Made by a program: the position numbers and the translations under genes. A stretch of 64,000 nucleotides of DNA from Eledone cirrhosa (taxonomy: Eukaryota): NCBI GenBank assembly GCA_964016885.1, contig OZ024742.1:374294001-374358000 (forward strand), written 5' to 3'. Of this stretch, positions 38,201 through 53,200 are shown one piece after another (within the stretch, counting starts at the first letter, position 1; each line of letters starts with the position of its first letter). The notes below the pieces were generated by a model, which worked only from the letters and a program-made list of their open reading frames with translations, was not told the DNA's origin and searched no databases.

Positions 38201-41200
38201 TCTCTCTCACTCTCTCTGTTTTACCAGTATTTTCTCTCCCTCACTCTCTCTTTTACCAGTATTGTCTATCTCTCACTCTCTCTTTTACCACTATTGTCTC
38301 TCTCTCACTTTCTTTTACCAGTATTGTCTCTCTCTCACTCTCTCTTTTACCAGTATCGTCTATCACTCACTCTCTCTTTTACCACTATTGTCTCTCTCTG
38401 ACTCTCTCTTTTACCAGTATTGTCTCTCACTCATTCTCTCTTTTTTACCAGTATTGTCTCTCTCTCACTCTCTCTCTTTTACCAGTATTGTCTATCTCGC
38501 ACTCTCTCCTTTACCAGTATTGTCTCTCTCTCACTCTCTCTCTTTTACCAGTATTGTCTCTCTCTCACTCCCTTTCTGTTACCAGTATTGTCTAGCTCTA
38601 TCTCTCTCTTTTACCAGTATTGTCTCTCTCTCACTCTCTCCTTTTACCAGTATTGTCTATCTATCTCTCTCTCTTTTACCAGTATTGTCTATCTCTCACT
38701 CTCTCTTTTACCAGTATTGTCTCTCTCTCACTCTCTCTTTTACCAGTATTGTCTCTCTCTCTCACTCTCTCTTTTACCAGTATTGTCTATCTCTCACTCT
38801 CTATTTTACCAGTATTCTCTATCTCTCACGCTCTCTTTTACCAGTATTGTCTCTCTGTCTCACTCTCTCTTTTACCAGTATTGTCTCTCTCTCACTCTCC
38901 CTTTACCAGTATCGTCTATCTCTCACTCTCTCTTTTATCACTATTGTCTCTCCCTCACTCTCTCTTTTACCAGTATTGTCTCACTCTCACTCTCTCTTTT
39001 TTACCAGTATTGTCTCTCTCTCACTCTCTCTCTCTTTTACCAGTATTGTCTATCTCTCACTCACTCTCTTTTACCAGTATTGTCTCTCTCTCACTCTCTC
39101 TCTTTTACCAGTATTGTCTCTCTCTCACTCTCTCTTTTACCAGTATTGTCTCTCTCTCACTCTCTCCTTTACCAGTATTATCTCTCTCTCACTCTTTCTT
39201 TTACCAGTATTGTCTCTCTCTCACTCTCTCTCTTTTACCAGTATTGTCTATCTCTCACTCTCTCCTTTACCAGTATTGTCTCTCTCTCACTCCCTTTCTG
39301 TTACCAGTATTGTCTAGCTCTATCTCTCTCTTTTACCAGTATTGTCTCTCTCTCACTCTCTCCTTTTACCAGTATTGTCTATCTATCTCTCTCTCTTTTA
39401 CCAGTATTGTCTATCTCTCACTCTCTCTTTTCCCACTATTGTCTCTCTCTCACTCTCTCTTTTACCAGTATTGTCTCACTCTCACTCTCTCTTTTACCAG
39501 TATCGACTACCTCTCACTGTCTCTTTTACCACTATTATCTCTCTCTCACTCTCTCTTTTACCAGTATTGTCTCTCTCTCACTCTCTCTCTTTTACTAGTA
39601 TTGTCTCTCTCTCACTCTCTCTTTAACTAGTATTGTCTCTCTCTGACTCTCTCCTTTACCAGTATTGTCTCTAACCCATTCCCTCTCTTTTACCAGTATT
39701 GTCTATCTCTATCTCTCTCTTTTACCAGTATTGTCTCTCTCTCACTCTCTCTCTTTTACCAGTATTGTCTCTCTCTCACTCTCTCTTTTACCAGTATTGT
39801 CTATCTCTCACTCTCTCTCTTTTAACAGTATTGTCTCTCTCTCACTCTATCTTTTACCAGTATTGTCTCTCTCTCACTCTCTCTTTCACCAGTATTGTCT
39901 CTCTGTCACTCTCTCTCTTTTACCAGTATTGTCTCTCTCTCACTCTCTCTGTTACCAGTATTGTCTCTCTCTCACTCTCTCTTTCACCAGTATTGTCTCT
40001 CTCTCACTCTCTTTTACCAGCATTGTCTCTCTCTCACTCTCTCTTTTACCAGTATTGTCTATCTCTCTCTCTCTCTCTTTTGCCAGTATTGTCTCTCTGT
40101 CACTCTCTATTTTACCACTATTGTCTCTCTCTCACTCTCTCTTTTACCAGTATTGTCTCTCTCTCACTCTCTCTTTTACCAGTATTGTCTGTCGGTCACT
40201 CTCTCCTTTAGCAGTATTATCTCTCTCTCACTCTCTCCTTTACCAGTATTGTCTATCTCTCACTCTCTCCTTTACCAGTATTGTTTCTCTCTCACTCCCT
40301 TTCTTTTACCAGTATTGTCTAGCTCTATCTCTCTCTTTTACCAGTATTGTCTCTCTCTCACTCTCTCTCTTTAACCAGTATTGTCTCTCTCTCACTCTCT
40401 CTCTTTTACCAGTATTGTCTCTCTCTCACGCTCTCTTTCACCAGTATTGTCTCTCTCTCACTCTCTCTCTTTTACCATTATTGTCTATCTCTCACTCTCT
40501 CCTTTACCATTATTGTCTCTCTCTCACTTCCTCTCTTTTACCAGCATTGTCTATCTCTATCTCTCTCTTTTACCAGTATTGTCTCTCTTTCACTCTCTCT
40601 CTTTTACCAGTATTGTCTCTCTCTCATTCTCTCTTCTACCAGTATTGTCTCTCTCTCACTCTCTCTTTTACCAGTATTGTCTCTCTCGCACTCTCTCCTT
40701 TACCAGTATTTTCTCTCTCTCACTCTCTCTTTCACCAGTATTGTCTCTCTCTCACTCTCTCTCTTTTACCAGTATTGTCTATCTCTCACTCTCTCCTTTA
40801 CCAGTATTGTCTCTCTCTCAATCCCTTTCTTTTACCAGTATTGTCTAGCTCTATCTCTCTCTTTTACAAGTATTGTCTCTCTCTCACTCTCTCTTTTACC
40901 AGTATTGTCTCTCTCTCACTCTCTCCTTTACCAGTATTTTCTCTATCTCACTCTCTCCTTTACCAGTTTTGTCTATCTCTCACTCTCTCTTTTACCTGTA
41001 TTGTCTATCTCTCACTCTCTCTTTTACCAGTATTGTCTCTCCCTCACTCTCTCTCTTTTACCAGTATTGTCTCTCTCTCTCACACTCTCTCTTTTACCAG
41101 TATTGTCTCCTTCTCACTCTCTCTTTCACCAGTATTGTCTCTCCCTCACTCTCTCTTTTTTACCAGTATTATCTCTATCCCTCACTCTCTCTCTTTTACC

Positions 41201-44200
41201 AGTATTGTCTCTCTCTCACTCTCACCTTTACCAGTATTGTCTCTCTCTCACTCTCTCTCTTTTACCAGTATTATCTCTATTCATCGCTCTCTCTCTTTTA
41301 CCAGTATTGTCTCTCTCTCACTCTCTCTTTCACCAGTATTGTCTCTCTCTAGCTCTCTCTCTTTTACCAGTCTTGTCTCACTCTCACTCTCTCTCTTTAT
41401 CAGTATTGTCTCTCTCTCACTCTCTCTCTTTTAACAGTATTGTCTCTCTCTCACTCTCTCTTTCACCAGTATTGTCTCTCTCTCACTTTCTCTTTCACCA
41501 GTATTGTCTCTCTCTCACTCTCTCTCTTTTACCAGTATTGTCTATTTCTCACTCTCTCCTTTACCAGTATTGTCTCTCTCTCACTCTCTCTCTTTTACCA
41601 GTATTGTCTATCTCTCACTCTCTCCTTTACCAGTATTGTTTCTCTCTCACTCCCTTTCTGTTACCAGTATTGTCTAGCTCTATCTCTCTCTTTTACCAGT
41701 ATTGTCTCTCTCTCACTCTCACTCTTTTACCAGTATTGTCTCTCTCTCACTCTCTCTTTTACAAGTATTGTCTCTCTCTCACTCTCTCTTTTACCAGTAT
41801 TGTCTCTCTCTCACTCTCTCCTTTACCAGTATTATCTCTCTCTCACTCTATCCTTTACTAGTATTGTCTCTCTCTCACTCTCTCTTTGACCTGTATTGTC
41901 TATCTCTCACTCTCTCTTTTACCAGTATTGTCTCTCTCTCTCACACTCTCTCTTTTACCAGTATTGTCTCCTTCTCACTTTCTCTTTCACCAGTATTGTC
42001 TCTCTCTCATTCTCTCTTTTTTACCAGTATTATCTCTATCCCTCACTCTCTCTCTTTTACCAGTATTGTCTATCTCTCACTCTCTCTCTTCTACCTGTAT
42101 TGTCTCTCTCTCACTCACGCTTTTACCAGTATTGTCTCTCTCTCACTCTCTCTTTTACCAGTATTGTCTCTCTCTCACTCTCTATTTTACCAGTATTGTC
42201 TATCTCTCACTCTCTCTTTTCCCAGTATTATCTCTCTCTCACTCTCTCCTTTACCAGTATTGTCTCTCCCTCACTCTCTCTCTTTTACCAGTACTGTCTC
42301 CTTCTCACTCTCTCTTTCACCAGTATTTTCTCTCTCTCACTCTCTCTTTTACCAGTATTGTCTCTCTATCACTCTCTTTTTACCAGTATTGTCTCTCTCT
42401 CACTCTCTCCTTTACCAGTATTATCTCTCTCTCACTCTCTCCTTTACCAGTATTGTCTCTCTCTCACTCCCTTTCTTTTACCTGTATTGTCTATCTTTAC
42501 TCTCACTTTTACCAGTATTGTCTATCTCTCACTCTCTCTTTTACCTGTATTGTCTCTCTCTCACTCTCGCTTTTACCAGTATTGTCTCTCTCTCACTCTC
42601 TATTTTACCAGTATTGTCTATCTCTCACTCTCTCTTTTACCACTATTGTCTCTCTCTCACTCTCTCTTTTACCAGTAATGTCTCTCCCTCACTCTCTCTT
42701 TTACCAGTATTGTTTATCTCTCATTCTCTCTTTTACCATTATTGTCTCTCCCTTACTCTCTCTTTTACCAGTATTGTCTCACTCTCACTCTCTCTCTTTT
42801 ACCAGTATTGTCTCACGCTCACTCTCTCTCTTTTACCAGTATTGTCTCTCTCTCACTCTCTCTTTCACCAGTATTGTCTCTCTCTCACTCTCTCTCTTTT
42901 ACCAGTATTGTCTCACTCTCACTCTCTCTCTTTTACCAGTATTGTCTCACGCTCACTCTCTCTCTTTTACCAGTATTGTCTCTCTCTCACTCTCTCTTTC
43001 ACCAGTATTGTCTCTCTCTCACTCTCTCTCTTTTACCAGTATTGTCTATCTCTCACTCTCTCTCTTCTACCTGTATTGTCTCTCTCTCACTCTCGCTTTT
43101 ACCAGTATTGTCTCTCTCTCACTCTCTCTTTTACCAGTATTGTCTCTCTCTGACTCTCTATTTTACCAGTATTGTCTATCTCTCACTCTCTCTTTTACCA
43201 GTATTGTCTCTCTCTGACTCTCTATTTTACCAGTATTGTCTATCTCACACTCTCTCTTTCACCAGTATTTTCTCTCTCTCAGTCGCTTTTTTTTACCACT
43301 ATTATCTCTATCCCTCACTCTCTCTCTTTTACAATTATTGTCTCTCTCTCACTCTCACCTTCACCAGTATTGTCTCTCTCTCACTCTCTCTCTTTTACCA
43401 GTATTATCTCTATCCCTCACTCTCTCTCTTTTACCAGTATTGTCTCTCTCTCACTCTCTCTTTCACCAGTATTGTCTCTCTCTCTCACTCTCTCTCTTTC
43501 ACCAGTATTGTCTCTCTCTCACTCTCTCTGTTTTACCAGTATTGTATATCTGTTTCTCTCTTTTACCTGTATTGTCTCTCTCTCACTCTCTCTTTTACCA
43601 GTATTGTCTCTCTCTCACTCTCGCTTTTACCAGTATTGTCTCTCTCTCACTCTCTATTTTACCAGTATTGTCTATCTCTCACTCTCTCTTTTACCACTAT
43701 TGTCTCTCTCTCTCTCTCTTTTACCAGTATTGTCTCTCTCTCACTCTCTCTCTTACCAGTATGGTTTATCTCTCATTCTCTCTTTTACCAGTATTGTCTC
43801 TCCCTTACTCTCTCTTTTACCAGTATTGTCTCACTCTCACTCTCTCTCTTTTACCAGTATTGTCTCTCTCTCACTTTCTCTTTTACCTGTATTGTCTCTC
43901 TCTCATTCGCTCTTTTACCAGTATTGTCTCTCTCTCACTCTCTCTTTTACCAGAATTATATCTCTCTCAATCTCTCCTTTACCAGTATTGTCTCTCTCTC
44001 ACTCTCTCTTTTACCTGTATTGTCTATCTCTCACTCTCTCTTTTACCAGTATTGTCTCTCTCACACTCTCTCTCTTTTACCAGTATTGTCTATCTCTCAC
44101 TCTCTCCTTTACCAGTATTGTCTCTATCCCTCACTCTCTCTCTTTTACCAGTATTGTCTCTCTCTCACTCTCTCTTTCACCAGTATTGGCTCTCTCTCAC

Positions 44201-47200
44201 TCTCTCTCTTTTACCAGTATTGTCTATCTCTCACTCTCTCTCTTTTACCAGTATTGTCTATCTCTCACTCTCTCTCTTTTACCAGTATTGTCTCTCTCTC
44301 ACTCTCTCTGTTTTACCAGTATTGTCTCTCTCTCACTCTCTCTGTTTTACCAGTATTGTCTCTCTCTCACTCTCTCCTTTACCAGTATTTTCTCTCTCTC
44401 ACTCTCTCCTTTACCAGTATTGTCTCTCTCTCACTCTCTCTTTCACCAGTATTGTCTCTCTCTCTCTCTCTCTTTTACCAGTATTGTCTATCTCTCACTC
44501 TCTCCTTTACCAGTATTGTCTCTCTGTCACTCCCTTTCTTTTGCCAGTATTGTCTAGCTCTATCTCTCTCTTTTACCAGTATTGTCTCTCTCTCACTCTC
44601 TCTTTTACAAGTATTGTCTCTCTCTTACTCTCTCTTTTACCAGTATTGTCTCTCTCTCACTCTCTCCTTTACCAGTATTATCTCTCTCTCACTCTCTCCT
44701 TTACCAATATTGTCTCTCTCTCACTCTCTCTTTTACCTGTATTCTCTCTGTCTCACTCTCTCTTTTACCAGTATCGTCTCTCCCTCACTCTCTCTCTTTT
44801 ACCAGTATTGTCTCCTTCTCACTCTCTCTTTCACCAGTATTGTCTCTCTCTCACTCTCTCTTTTTTACCAGTATTATCTCTATCCCTCACTCTCTCTCTT
44901 TTACCAGTATTGTCTCTCTCTCACTCTCACCTTTACCAGTATTGTCTCTCTCTCACTCTATCTCTTTTACCAGTATTATCTCTATCCATCACTCTCTCTA
45001 TTTTACCAGTATTGTCTCTCTCTCACTCTCTCTTTCACCAGTATTGTCTCTCTCTAGCTCTCTCTCTTTTACCAGTATTGTCTCACTCTCACTCTCTCTC
45101 TTCATCAGTATTGTCTCTCTCTCACTCTCTCTCTTTTACCAGTAGTGTCTCTCTCTCACTCTCTCTTTCACCAGTATTGTCTCTCTCTCATTTTCTCTTT
45201 CACCAATATTGTCTCTCTCTCACTCTCTCTCTTTTACCAGTATTGTCTATCTCTCACTCTCTCCTTTACCAGTATTGTCTCTCTCTCACTCTCTCTCTTT
45301 TACCAGTATTGTCTATCTCTCACTCTCTCCTTTGCCAGTATTGTCTCTCTCTCACTCCCTTTCTGTTACCAGTATTGTCTAGCTCTATCTCTCTCTTTTA
45401 CCAGTATTGTCTCTCTCTCACTCTCTCTTTCACCAGTATTGGCACTCTCTCACTCTCTCTCTTTTACCAGTATTGTCTATCTCTCACTCTCTCTCTTTTA
45501 CCAGTATTGTCTATCTCTCACTCTCTCTCTTTTACCAGTATTGTCTCTCTCTCACTCTCTCTGTTTTACCAGTATTGTCTCTCCCTCACTCTCTCTTTTA
45601 CCAGTATTGTCTATCTCTCACTCTCTCTTTTACCACTATTGTCTCTCTCTCACTTTCTTTTACCAGTATTGTCTCTCTCTCACTCTCTCTTTTACCAGTA
45701 TCGTCTATCACTCACTCTCTCTTTTACCACTATTGTCTCTCTCTGACTCTCTCTTTTACCAGTATTGTCTCTCACTCATTCTCTCTTTTTTACCAGTATT
45801 GTCTCTCTCTCACTCTCTCTCTTTTACCAGTATTGTCTATCTCTCACTCTCTCCTTTACCAGTATTGTCTCTCTCTCACTCTCTCTCTTTTACCAGTATT
45901 GTCTCTCTCTCACTCCCTTTCTGTTACCAGTATTGTCTAGCTCTATCTCTCTCTTTTACCAGTATTGTCTCTCTCTCACTCTCTCCTTTTACCAGTATTG
46001 TCTATCTATCTCTCTCTCTTTTACCAGTATTGTCTATCTCTCACTCTCTCTTTTACCAGTATTGTCTCTCTCTCACTCTCTCTTTTACCAGTATTGTCTC
46101 TCTCTCTCACTCTCTCTTTTACCAGTATTGTCTATCTCTCACTCTCTATTTTACCAGTATTCTCTATCTCTCACGCTCTCTTTTACCAGTATTGTCTCTA
46201 TGTCTCACTCTCTCTTTTACCAGTATTGTCTCTCTCTCACTCTCCCTTTACCAGTATCGTCTATCTCTCACTCTCTCTTTTATCACTATTGTCTCTCCCT
46301 CACTCTCTCTTTTACCAGTATTGTCTCACTCTCACTCTCTCTTTTTTACCAGTATTGTCTCTCTCTCACTCTCTCTCTCTTTTACCAGTATTGTCTATCT
46401 CTCACTCACTCTCTTTTACCAGTATTGTCTCTCTCTCACTCTCTCTCTTTTACCAGTATTGTCTCTCTCTCACTCTCTCTTTTACCAGTATTGTCTCTCT
46501 CTCTCACTCTCTCCTTTACCAGTATTATCTCTCTCTCACTCTTTCTTTTACCAGTATTGTCTCTCTCTCACTCTCTCTCTTTTACCAGTATTGTCTATCT
46601 CTCACTCTCTCCTTTACCAGTATTGTCTCTCTCTCACTCCCTTTCTGTTACCAGTATTGTCTAGCTCTATCTCTCTCTTTTACCAGTATTGTCTCTATCT
46701 CACTCTCTCCTTTTACCAGTATTGTCTATCTATCTCTCTCTCTTTTACCAGTATTGTCTATCTCTCACTCTCTCTTTTCCCACTATTGTCTCTCTCTCAC
46801 TCTCTCTTTTACCAGTATTGTCTCACTCTCACTCTCTCTTTTACCAGTATCGACTACCTCTCACTGTCTCTTTTACCACTATTATCTCTCTCTCACTCTC
46901 TCTTTTACCAGTATTGTCTCTCTCTCACTCTCTCTCTTTTACTAGTATTGTCTCTCTCTCACTCTCTCTTTAACTAGTATTGTCTCTCTCTGACTCTCTC
47001 CTTTACCAGTATTGTCTCTATCCCATTCCCTCTCTTTTACCAGTATTGTCTATCTCTATCTCTCTCTTTTACCAGTATTGTCTCTCTCTCACTCTCTCTC
47101 TTTTACCAGTATTGTCTCTCTCTCACTCTCTCTTTTACCAGTAGTGTCTCTCTCTCATTCTCTCTTTTACCAGTATTGTCTCTCTCTCACTCTCTCTCTT

Positions 47201-50200
47201 CTACCAGTATTTTCTCTCTCTCACTCTCTCCTTTACCAGTATAGTCTCTCTCTCACGCTCTCTCTTTTACCAGTATTGTCTCTATCCCTCACTCTCTCAC
47301 TTTTACCAGTATTGTCTCTCTCTCACTCTCTCTTTCACCAGTATTGTCTCTCTCTCACTCTCTCTCTTTTACCAGTATTGTCTATCTCTCACTCTCTCTA
47401 TTTTACCCGCATTGTCTCTCTCTCACTCTCTCTGTTTTACCAGTATAGTATATCTGTCTCTCTCTTTTACCAGTATTTTCTCTCTCTCACTCTCTCTCTT
47501 CTACCAGTATTGTCTCTTTCTCACTCTCTCTTTTATCTGTATTGTCTCTCTCTCACTCTCTCTTTTACCAGTATTGTCTATCTCTCACTCTCTATTTTAC
47601 CAGTATTCTCTATCTCACACGCTCTCTTTTACCAGTATTGTCTCTCTCTCTCATTCTCTCTTTTACCAGTATTGTCTCTCTCTCACTCTCCCTTTACCAG
47701 TATCGTCTATCTCTCACTCTCTCTTTTTTCACTATTGTCTCTCCCTCACTCTCTCTTTTACCAGTATTGTCTCACTCTCACTCTCTCTCTTTTACCAGTA
47801 TTTTCTATCTCTCACTGTCTATTTTACCAGTATTATCTCTGTCTCACTCTTTCTTTTACCAGTATTGTCTCTCTCTCACTCTCCCTTTACCAGTATCGTC
47901 TATCTCTCACTCTCTCTTTTTTCACTATTGTCTCTCCCTCACTCTCTCTTTTACCAGTATTGTCTCTCTCTCACTCTCTCTCTCTTTTACTAGTATTGTC
48001 TCTCTCTCACGCTCTTTCTTTTACCAGTATTGTCTCTCTCTCACTCTCTCTCTCCTTTACCAGTATTGTCTCTCTCTCACTCCCTCTCTTTTACCAGTAT
48101 TGTCTATCTCTATCTCTCTCTTTTACCAGTATTGTCTCTCTCTCACTCTCTCTCTTTTACCAGTATTGTCTCTCTCTCACTCTCTATTTTACCAGTATTG
48201 TCTCTCACTCATTCTCTCTTTTACCATTATTGTCTCTCTCTCACTCTCTCTTTTACCTGTATTGTCTATCTCTGACTCTCTCTTTTACCAGTATTGTCTC
48301 TCTCTCACTCTCTCTCTTTTACCAGTATTGTCTCTATCCCTCACTCTCTCTCTTTTACCAGTATTGTCTCTCTCTCACTCTCTCTTTCACCAGTATTTTC
48401 TCTCTCTCACTCTCTCTCTTTTACCAGTATTTTCTCTCTCTCACTCTCTCTCTTTTACCAGTATTGTCTATCTCTCACTCTCTCTCTTTTACCAGTATTG
48501 TTTATCTCTAACTCTCTCTCTTTTACCAGTATTGTCTCTCTCTCAATCTCTCTCTTCTACCAGTATTGTCTCTTTCTCACTCTCTCTTTTACCTGTATTG
48601 TCTCTCTCTCACTCTCTCTTTTACCAGTATTGTCTCTCTCTCACCCTCTCTTTTACCTGTATTGTCTCTCTCTCACTCTCTCTTTTACCAGTATTGTCTC
48701 TCTCTCACTCTCTCTTTTACCAGCATTGTCTCTCTCTCACTCTCTATTTTACCAGTATTGTGTATCTCTCACGCTCTCTTTTACCAGTATTGTCTCTCTC
48801 TCACTCTCTCTTTTACCAGTATTGTCGCTCTCTCACTCTCTCTTTTACCAGTATCGTCTATGTCTCACTCTCTCTTTTATCACTATTGTCTCTCCCTCAC
48901 TCTCTCTTTTACCAGTATTGTCTCACTCTCAATCTCTCTCCTTTACCAGTATTGTCTCTCTCTCACCCTCTCTTTTACCTGTATTGTCTCTCTCTCACTC
49001 TCTCTTTTACCAGTATTGTCTCTCTCTCACTCTCTCTTTTACCAGTATTTTCTCTCTCTCACTCTCTCTGTTTTATCAGTATTTTCTCTCTCTCACTCTC
49101 TCTCTTTTACCAGTATTGTCTATCTCTCACTCTCTCTCGTTTACCAGTATTGTCTATCTCTAACTCTCTCTTTTACCAGTATTGTCTCTCTCTCACTCTC
49201 CCTCTTTTACCAGTATTTCTCTCTCTCACACTCTCTCTTTTACTAGTATTGTCTATCTCTCACTCTCTCTTTTACTAGTATTGTCTCTCTCTCACTCTCT
49301 CTTTTACCAGTATCGTCTATCTCTTACTCTCTCTTTTACCACTATTGTCTCTCTCTCACACTCTCTTTTACCAATATTGTCTCTCGCTCACTCTCTCTTT
49401 CACCAGTATTGTCTCTCTCTCACTCTCTCTCTTTTACCAGTATTTTTCTCTCTCACACTCTCTCTTTTACTAGTATTGTCTATCTCTCACTCTCTCTTTT
49501 AGCAGTATCGTCTAACTCTCACTCTCTTTTACCAGTATTGTATCTCTCTCACTCTATCTTTCAGCAGTATTGTCTCTCTGTCACTCTCTTTTACCAGTAT
49601 TGTCTCTCTCTCACTCTCTCTCTTTTACCAGTATTGTCTCTCTCTCACTCTTTCTCTTTTACCAGTATTGTCTCTCTCTCACTCTCTCTCTTTTACCAGT
49701 ATTGTCTCTCTCTCACTCTTTCTCTTTTACCAGTATTGTCTCTCTCTCACTCTCCCTCTTTTACCAGTATTTCTCTCTCTCACACTCTCTCTTTTACTAG
49801 TATTGTCTATCTCTCACTCTCTCTTTTACTAGTATTGTCTCTCTCTCACTCTCTCTTTTACCAGTATCGTCTATCTCTTACTCTCTCTTTTACCACTATT
49901 GTCTCTCTCTCACACTCTCTTTTACCAATATTGTCTCTCGCTCACTCTCTCTTTCACCAGTATTGTCTCTCTCTCACTCTCTCTCTTTTACCAGTATTTT
50001 TCTCTCTCACACTCTCTCTTTTACTAGTATTGTCTATCTCTCACTCTCTCTTTTACCAGTATTGTCTCTCTCTCACTCTCTCTTTTACCAGTATCGTCTA
50101 TCTCTCACTCTCTCTTTTACCACTATTGTCTCTCTCACTCTCTCTCTTTTACCAGTATTGTCTCTCGCTCACTCTCTCTTTCACCAGTATTGTCTCTCTC

Positions 50201-53200
50201 TCTCACTCTCTCTCTTTTACCAGTATTGTCTATCTCTCACTCTCTCTTTTACCAGTATTGTCTCTCTCTCACTCTCTCTTTCACCAGTATTGTCTCTCTC
50301 TCACTCTCTTTTACAAGTATTGTCTCTCTCTCACTCTCTCTTTTACCAGTATTGTCTATCTATCTCTCTCTCTTTTACCATTATTGTCTATCTCTCACTC
50401 TTTCTGTTACCTATATTGTCTCTCTCTCACTCTCTCTTTTACCAGTATTGTCTCTCTCTCACTCTCTCTTTTACCGGTATTGTCTCTGTCTCACTCTCTC
50501 TTTTACCAGTATTGTCTCTCTCTCACTCTCTCTTTTACCAGTATTGTCTCACTCTCACTCTCTCTTTTACCAGTATCATCTATCTCTCACTGTCTTTTTA
50601 AAACTATTACCTCTCTCTCACTCTCTCTTTTACCAGTATTGTCTCTCTCTCACTCTCTCTCTTTTACCAGTATTGTCTCTCTCTCACTCTTTCTTTTACC
50701 AGTATTGTCTCTCTCTCACTCTCTCTTTTACCAGTATTGTCTATCTCTCACTGTCTCTTTTACCAGTATTGTCTCTCTCTCACTTTCTCTTTTACCAGTA
50801 TTGTCTCTCTCTCACTCTCTCTTTTACCAGTTTGTCTCTCTCTCACTCTTTCTGTTTTACCAGTATTGTCTATCTCTCACTCTCTCTTTTACCAGTATTG
50901 TCTCTCTCTCACTCTCCCTTTTACCAGTATTGTCTCTCTCTCACTCTCTCTCTTTTACCAGTATTGTCTCTCTCTCACTCCCTATCTTTTACCAGTATTG
51001 TCTCTCTCTCACTCTCTCTTTTACCAGTATTGTCTCTCTCTCACTCTCTCTTTTACCAGTATTGTCTCTCTCTCACTCTCTCCTTTACCAGTATTGTCTC
51101 TCTCTCACTCCCTCTCTTTTACCAGTATTGTCTATCTCTATCTCTCTCTTTTACCAGTATTGTCTCTCTCTCACTCTCTCTCTTTTACCAATATTGTCTC
51201 TCTCACACTTTCTCTTTTACCAGTATTGTCTCTCTCTCATTCTCTCTTTTACCATTATTGTCTCTCTCTCACTCTCTCCTTTACCAGTATTATATCCCTC
51301 TCAATCTCTCCTTTACCAGTATTGTCTCTCTCTCACTCTCTGTTTTACCAGTATTGTCTATCTCTTACTCTCTCTTTTACCAGTATTGTCTCTCTCTCAC
51401 TCTCTCCTTTACCAGTATTGTCTCTCTCTCACTCTCTCTCTTTTACCAGTATTGTCTCTATCCCTCACTCTCTCTCTTTTACCAGTATTGTCTCACTCTC
51501 ACTCTCTCTTTCACCAGTATTGTCTCTCTCTCACTCTCTCTTTCACCAGTATTGTCTCTCTCTCACTCTCTCTCTTTTACCAGTATTGTCTATCTCTCAC
51601 TCTCTCTTTTACCATTCTTGTCTCTCTCTCACTCTCTCTTTTACCAGTATTGTCTATCTCTCACTCTCTCTTTTACCAGTATTGTCTCTCTCTCACTCTC
51701 TCTCTTTTACCAGTATTGTCTCTCTCTCAGTCTCTCCTTTACCAGCATTGTCTCTCTGTCACTCTGTGGCTTTTATCAGTATTGTCTATCTCTATCTCTC
51801 TCTTTTACCAGTATTGTCTCTCTCTCACTCTCTCTCTTTTACCAGTATTGTCTCTCTCTCACTCTCTCTTTTGCCAGTATTGTCTCTCTCTGACCCTCTC
51901 TTTTACCAGTATTGTCTCTCTCTCACTTTCTCTTTTACCAGTATTGTCTCTCTCTCACTCTCTATGTCAACAGTATTGTCTATCTCTCACGCTCTCTTTT
52001 ACCAGTATTGTCTCTCTCTCACTCTCACTTTTACCAGCATTGTCTCTCTCTCACTCTCTCTTTTACCAGTATTGTATGTCTGTCTCTCTCTTTTACCAGT
52101 ATTGTCTCTCTCTCACTCTCTCTCTTCTACCAGTATTGTCTCTTTCTCACTCTCTGTTTTACCTGTATTGTCTCTCTCTCACTCTCTCTTTTACCAGTAT
52201 TGTCTCTCTCTCACTTTCTCTTTTACCAGTATTGTCTCTCTCTCACTCTCTATGTTAACAGTATTGTCTATCTCTCACGCTCTCTTTTACCAGTATTGTC
52301 TCTCTCTCACTCTCACTTTTACCAGCATTGTCTCTCTCTCACTCTCTCTTTTACCAGTATCGTCTGTCTCTCACTCTCTCTTTTATCACTATTGTCTCTC
52401 CCTCACTCTCTCTTTTACCAGTATTGTCTCACTCTCACTCCCTCTCTTTTACCAGTATTGTCTCTCTCTCACTCTCTCTTTTACCAGTATTGTCTCTCTC
52501 TCTCTCTCTTTTACCAGTATTGTCTCTCTCTCACTCTCTCTTTTACCAGTATTGTCTATCTATCTCTCTCTCTTTTACCAGTATTGTCTATCTCTCACTC
52601 TCTCTTTTACCTGTATTGTCTCTCTCTCACTCTCGCTTTTACCAGTATCGTCTATCTCTCACTCTCTCTTTTAACCACTATTGTCTCTCTCTCACTCTCT
52701 CTTTTACCAGTATTGTCTCTCTCTCTCTCTCTTTTACCAGTATTGTCTCTCTCACTCTATCTTTTACCAGTATTGTCTCTCTCTCACTCTCTCTCTTCTA
52801 CCAGTATTGTCTCTCTCGCTCTTGCTCTTTTACCAGTATTGTCTCTCTCTCACTCTCTCTTTCACCAGTATTGTCTCTCTCTCACTCTCTCTTTCACCAG
52901 TATTGTCTCTCTCTCACTCTCTTTTACCAGTATTGTCTCTCTCACTCTCTCTCTTTTACCAGTATTGTCTATCTCTCACTCTCTCTTTTGCCACTATTTT
53001 CTCTCTCTCACTCTCTCTCTTTTACCAGTATTGTCTCTCTCTCACTCTCTCCTTTACCAGTATTGTCTTTCTCTCACTCTCTCTCTTTTACCAGTATTGT
53101 CTCTATCCCTCACTCTCTCACTTTTACCAGTATTGTATATCTGTCTCTCTCTTTTACCAGTATTATCTCTCTCTCACTCTCTCTCTTCTACCAGTATTGT

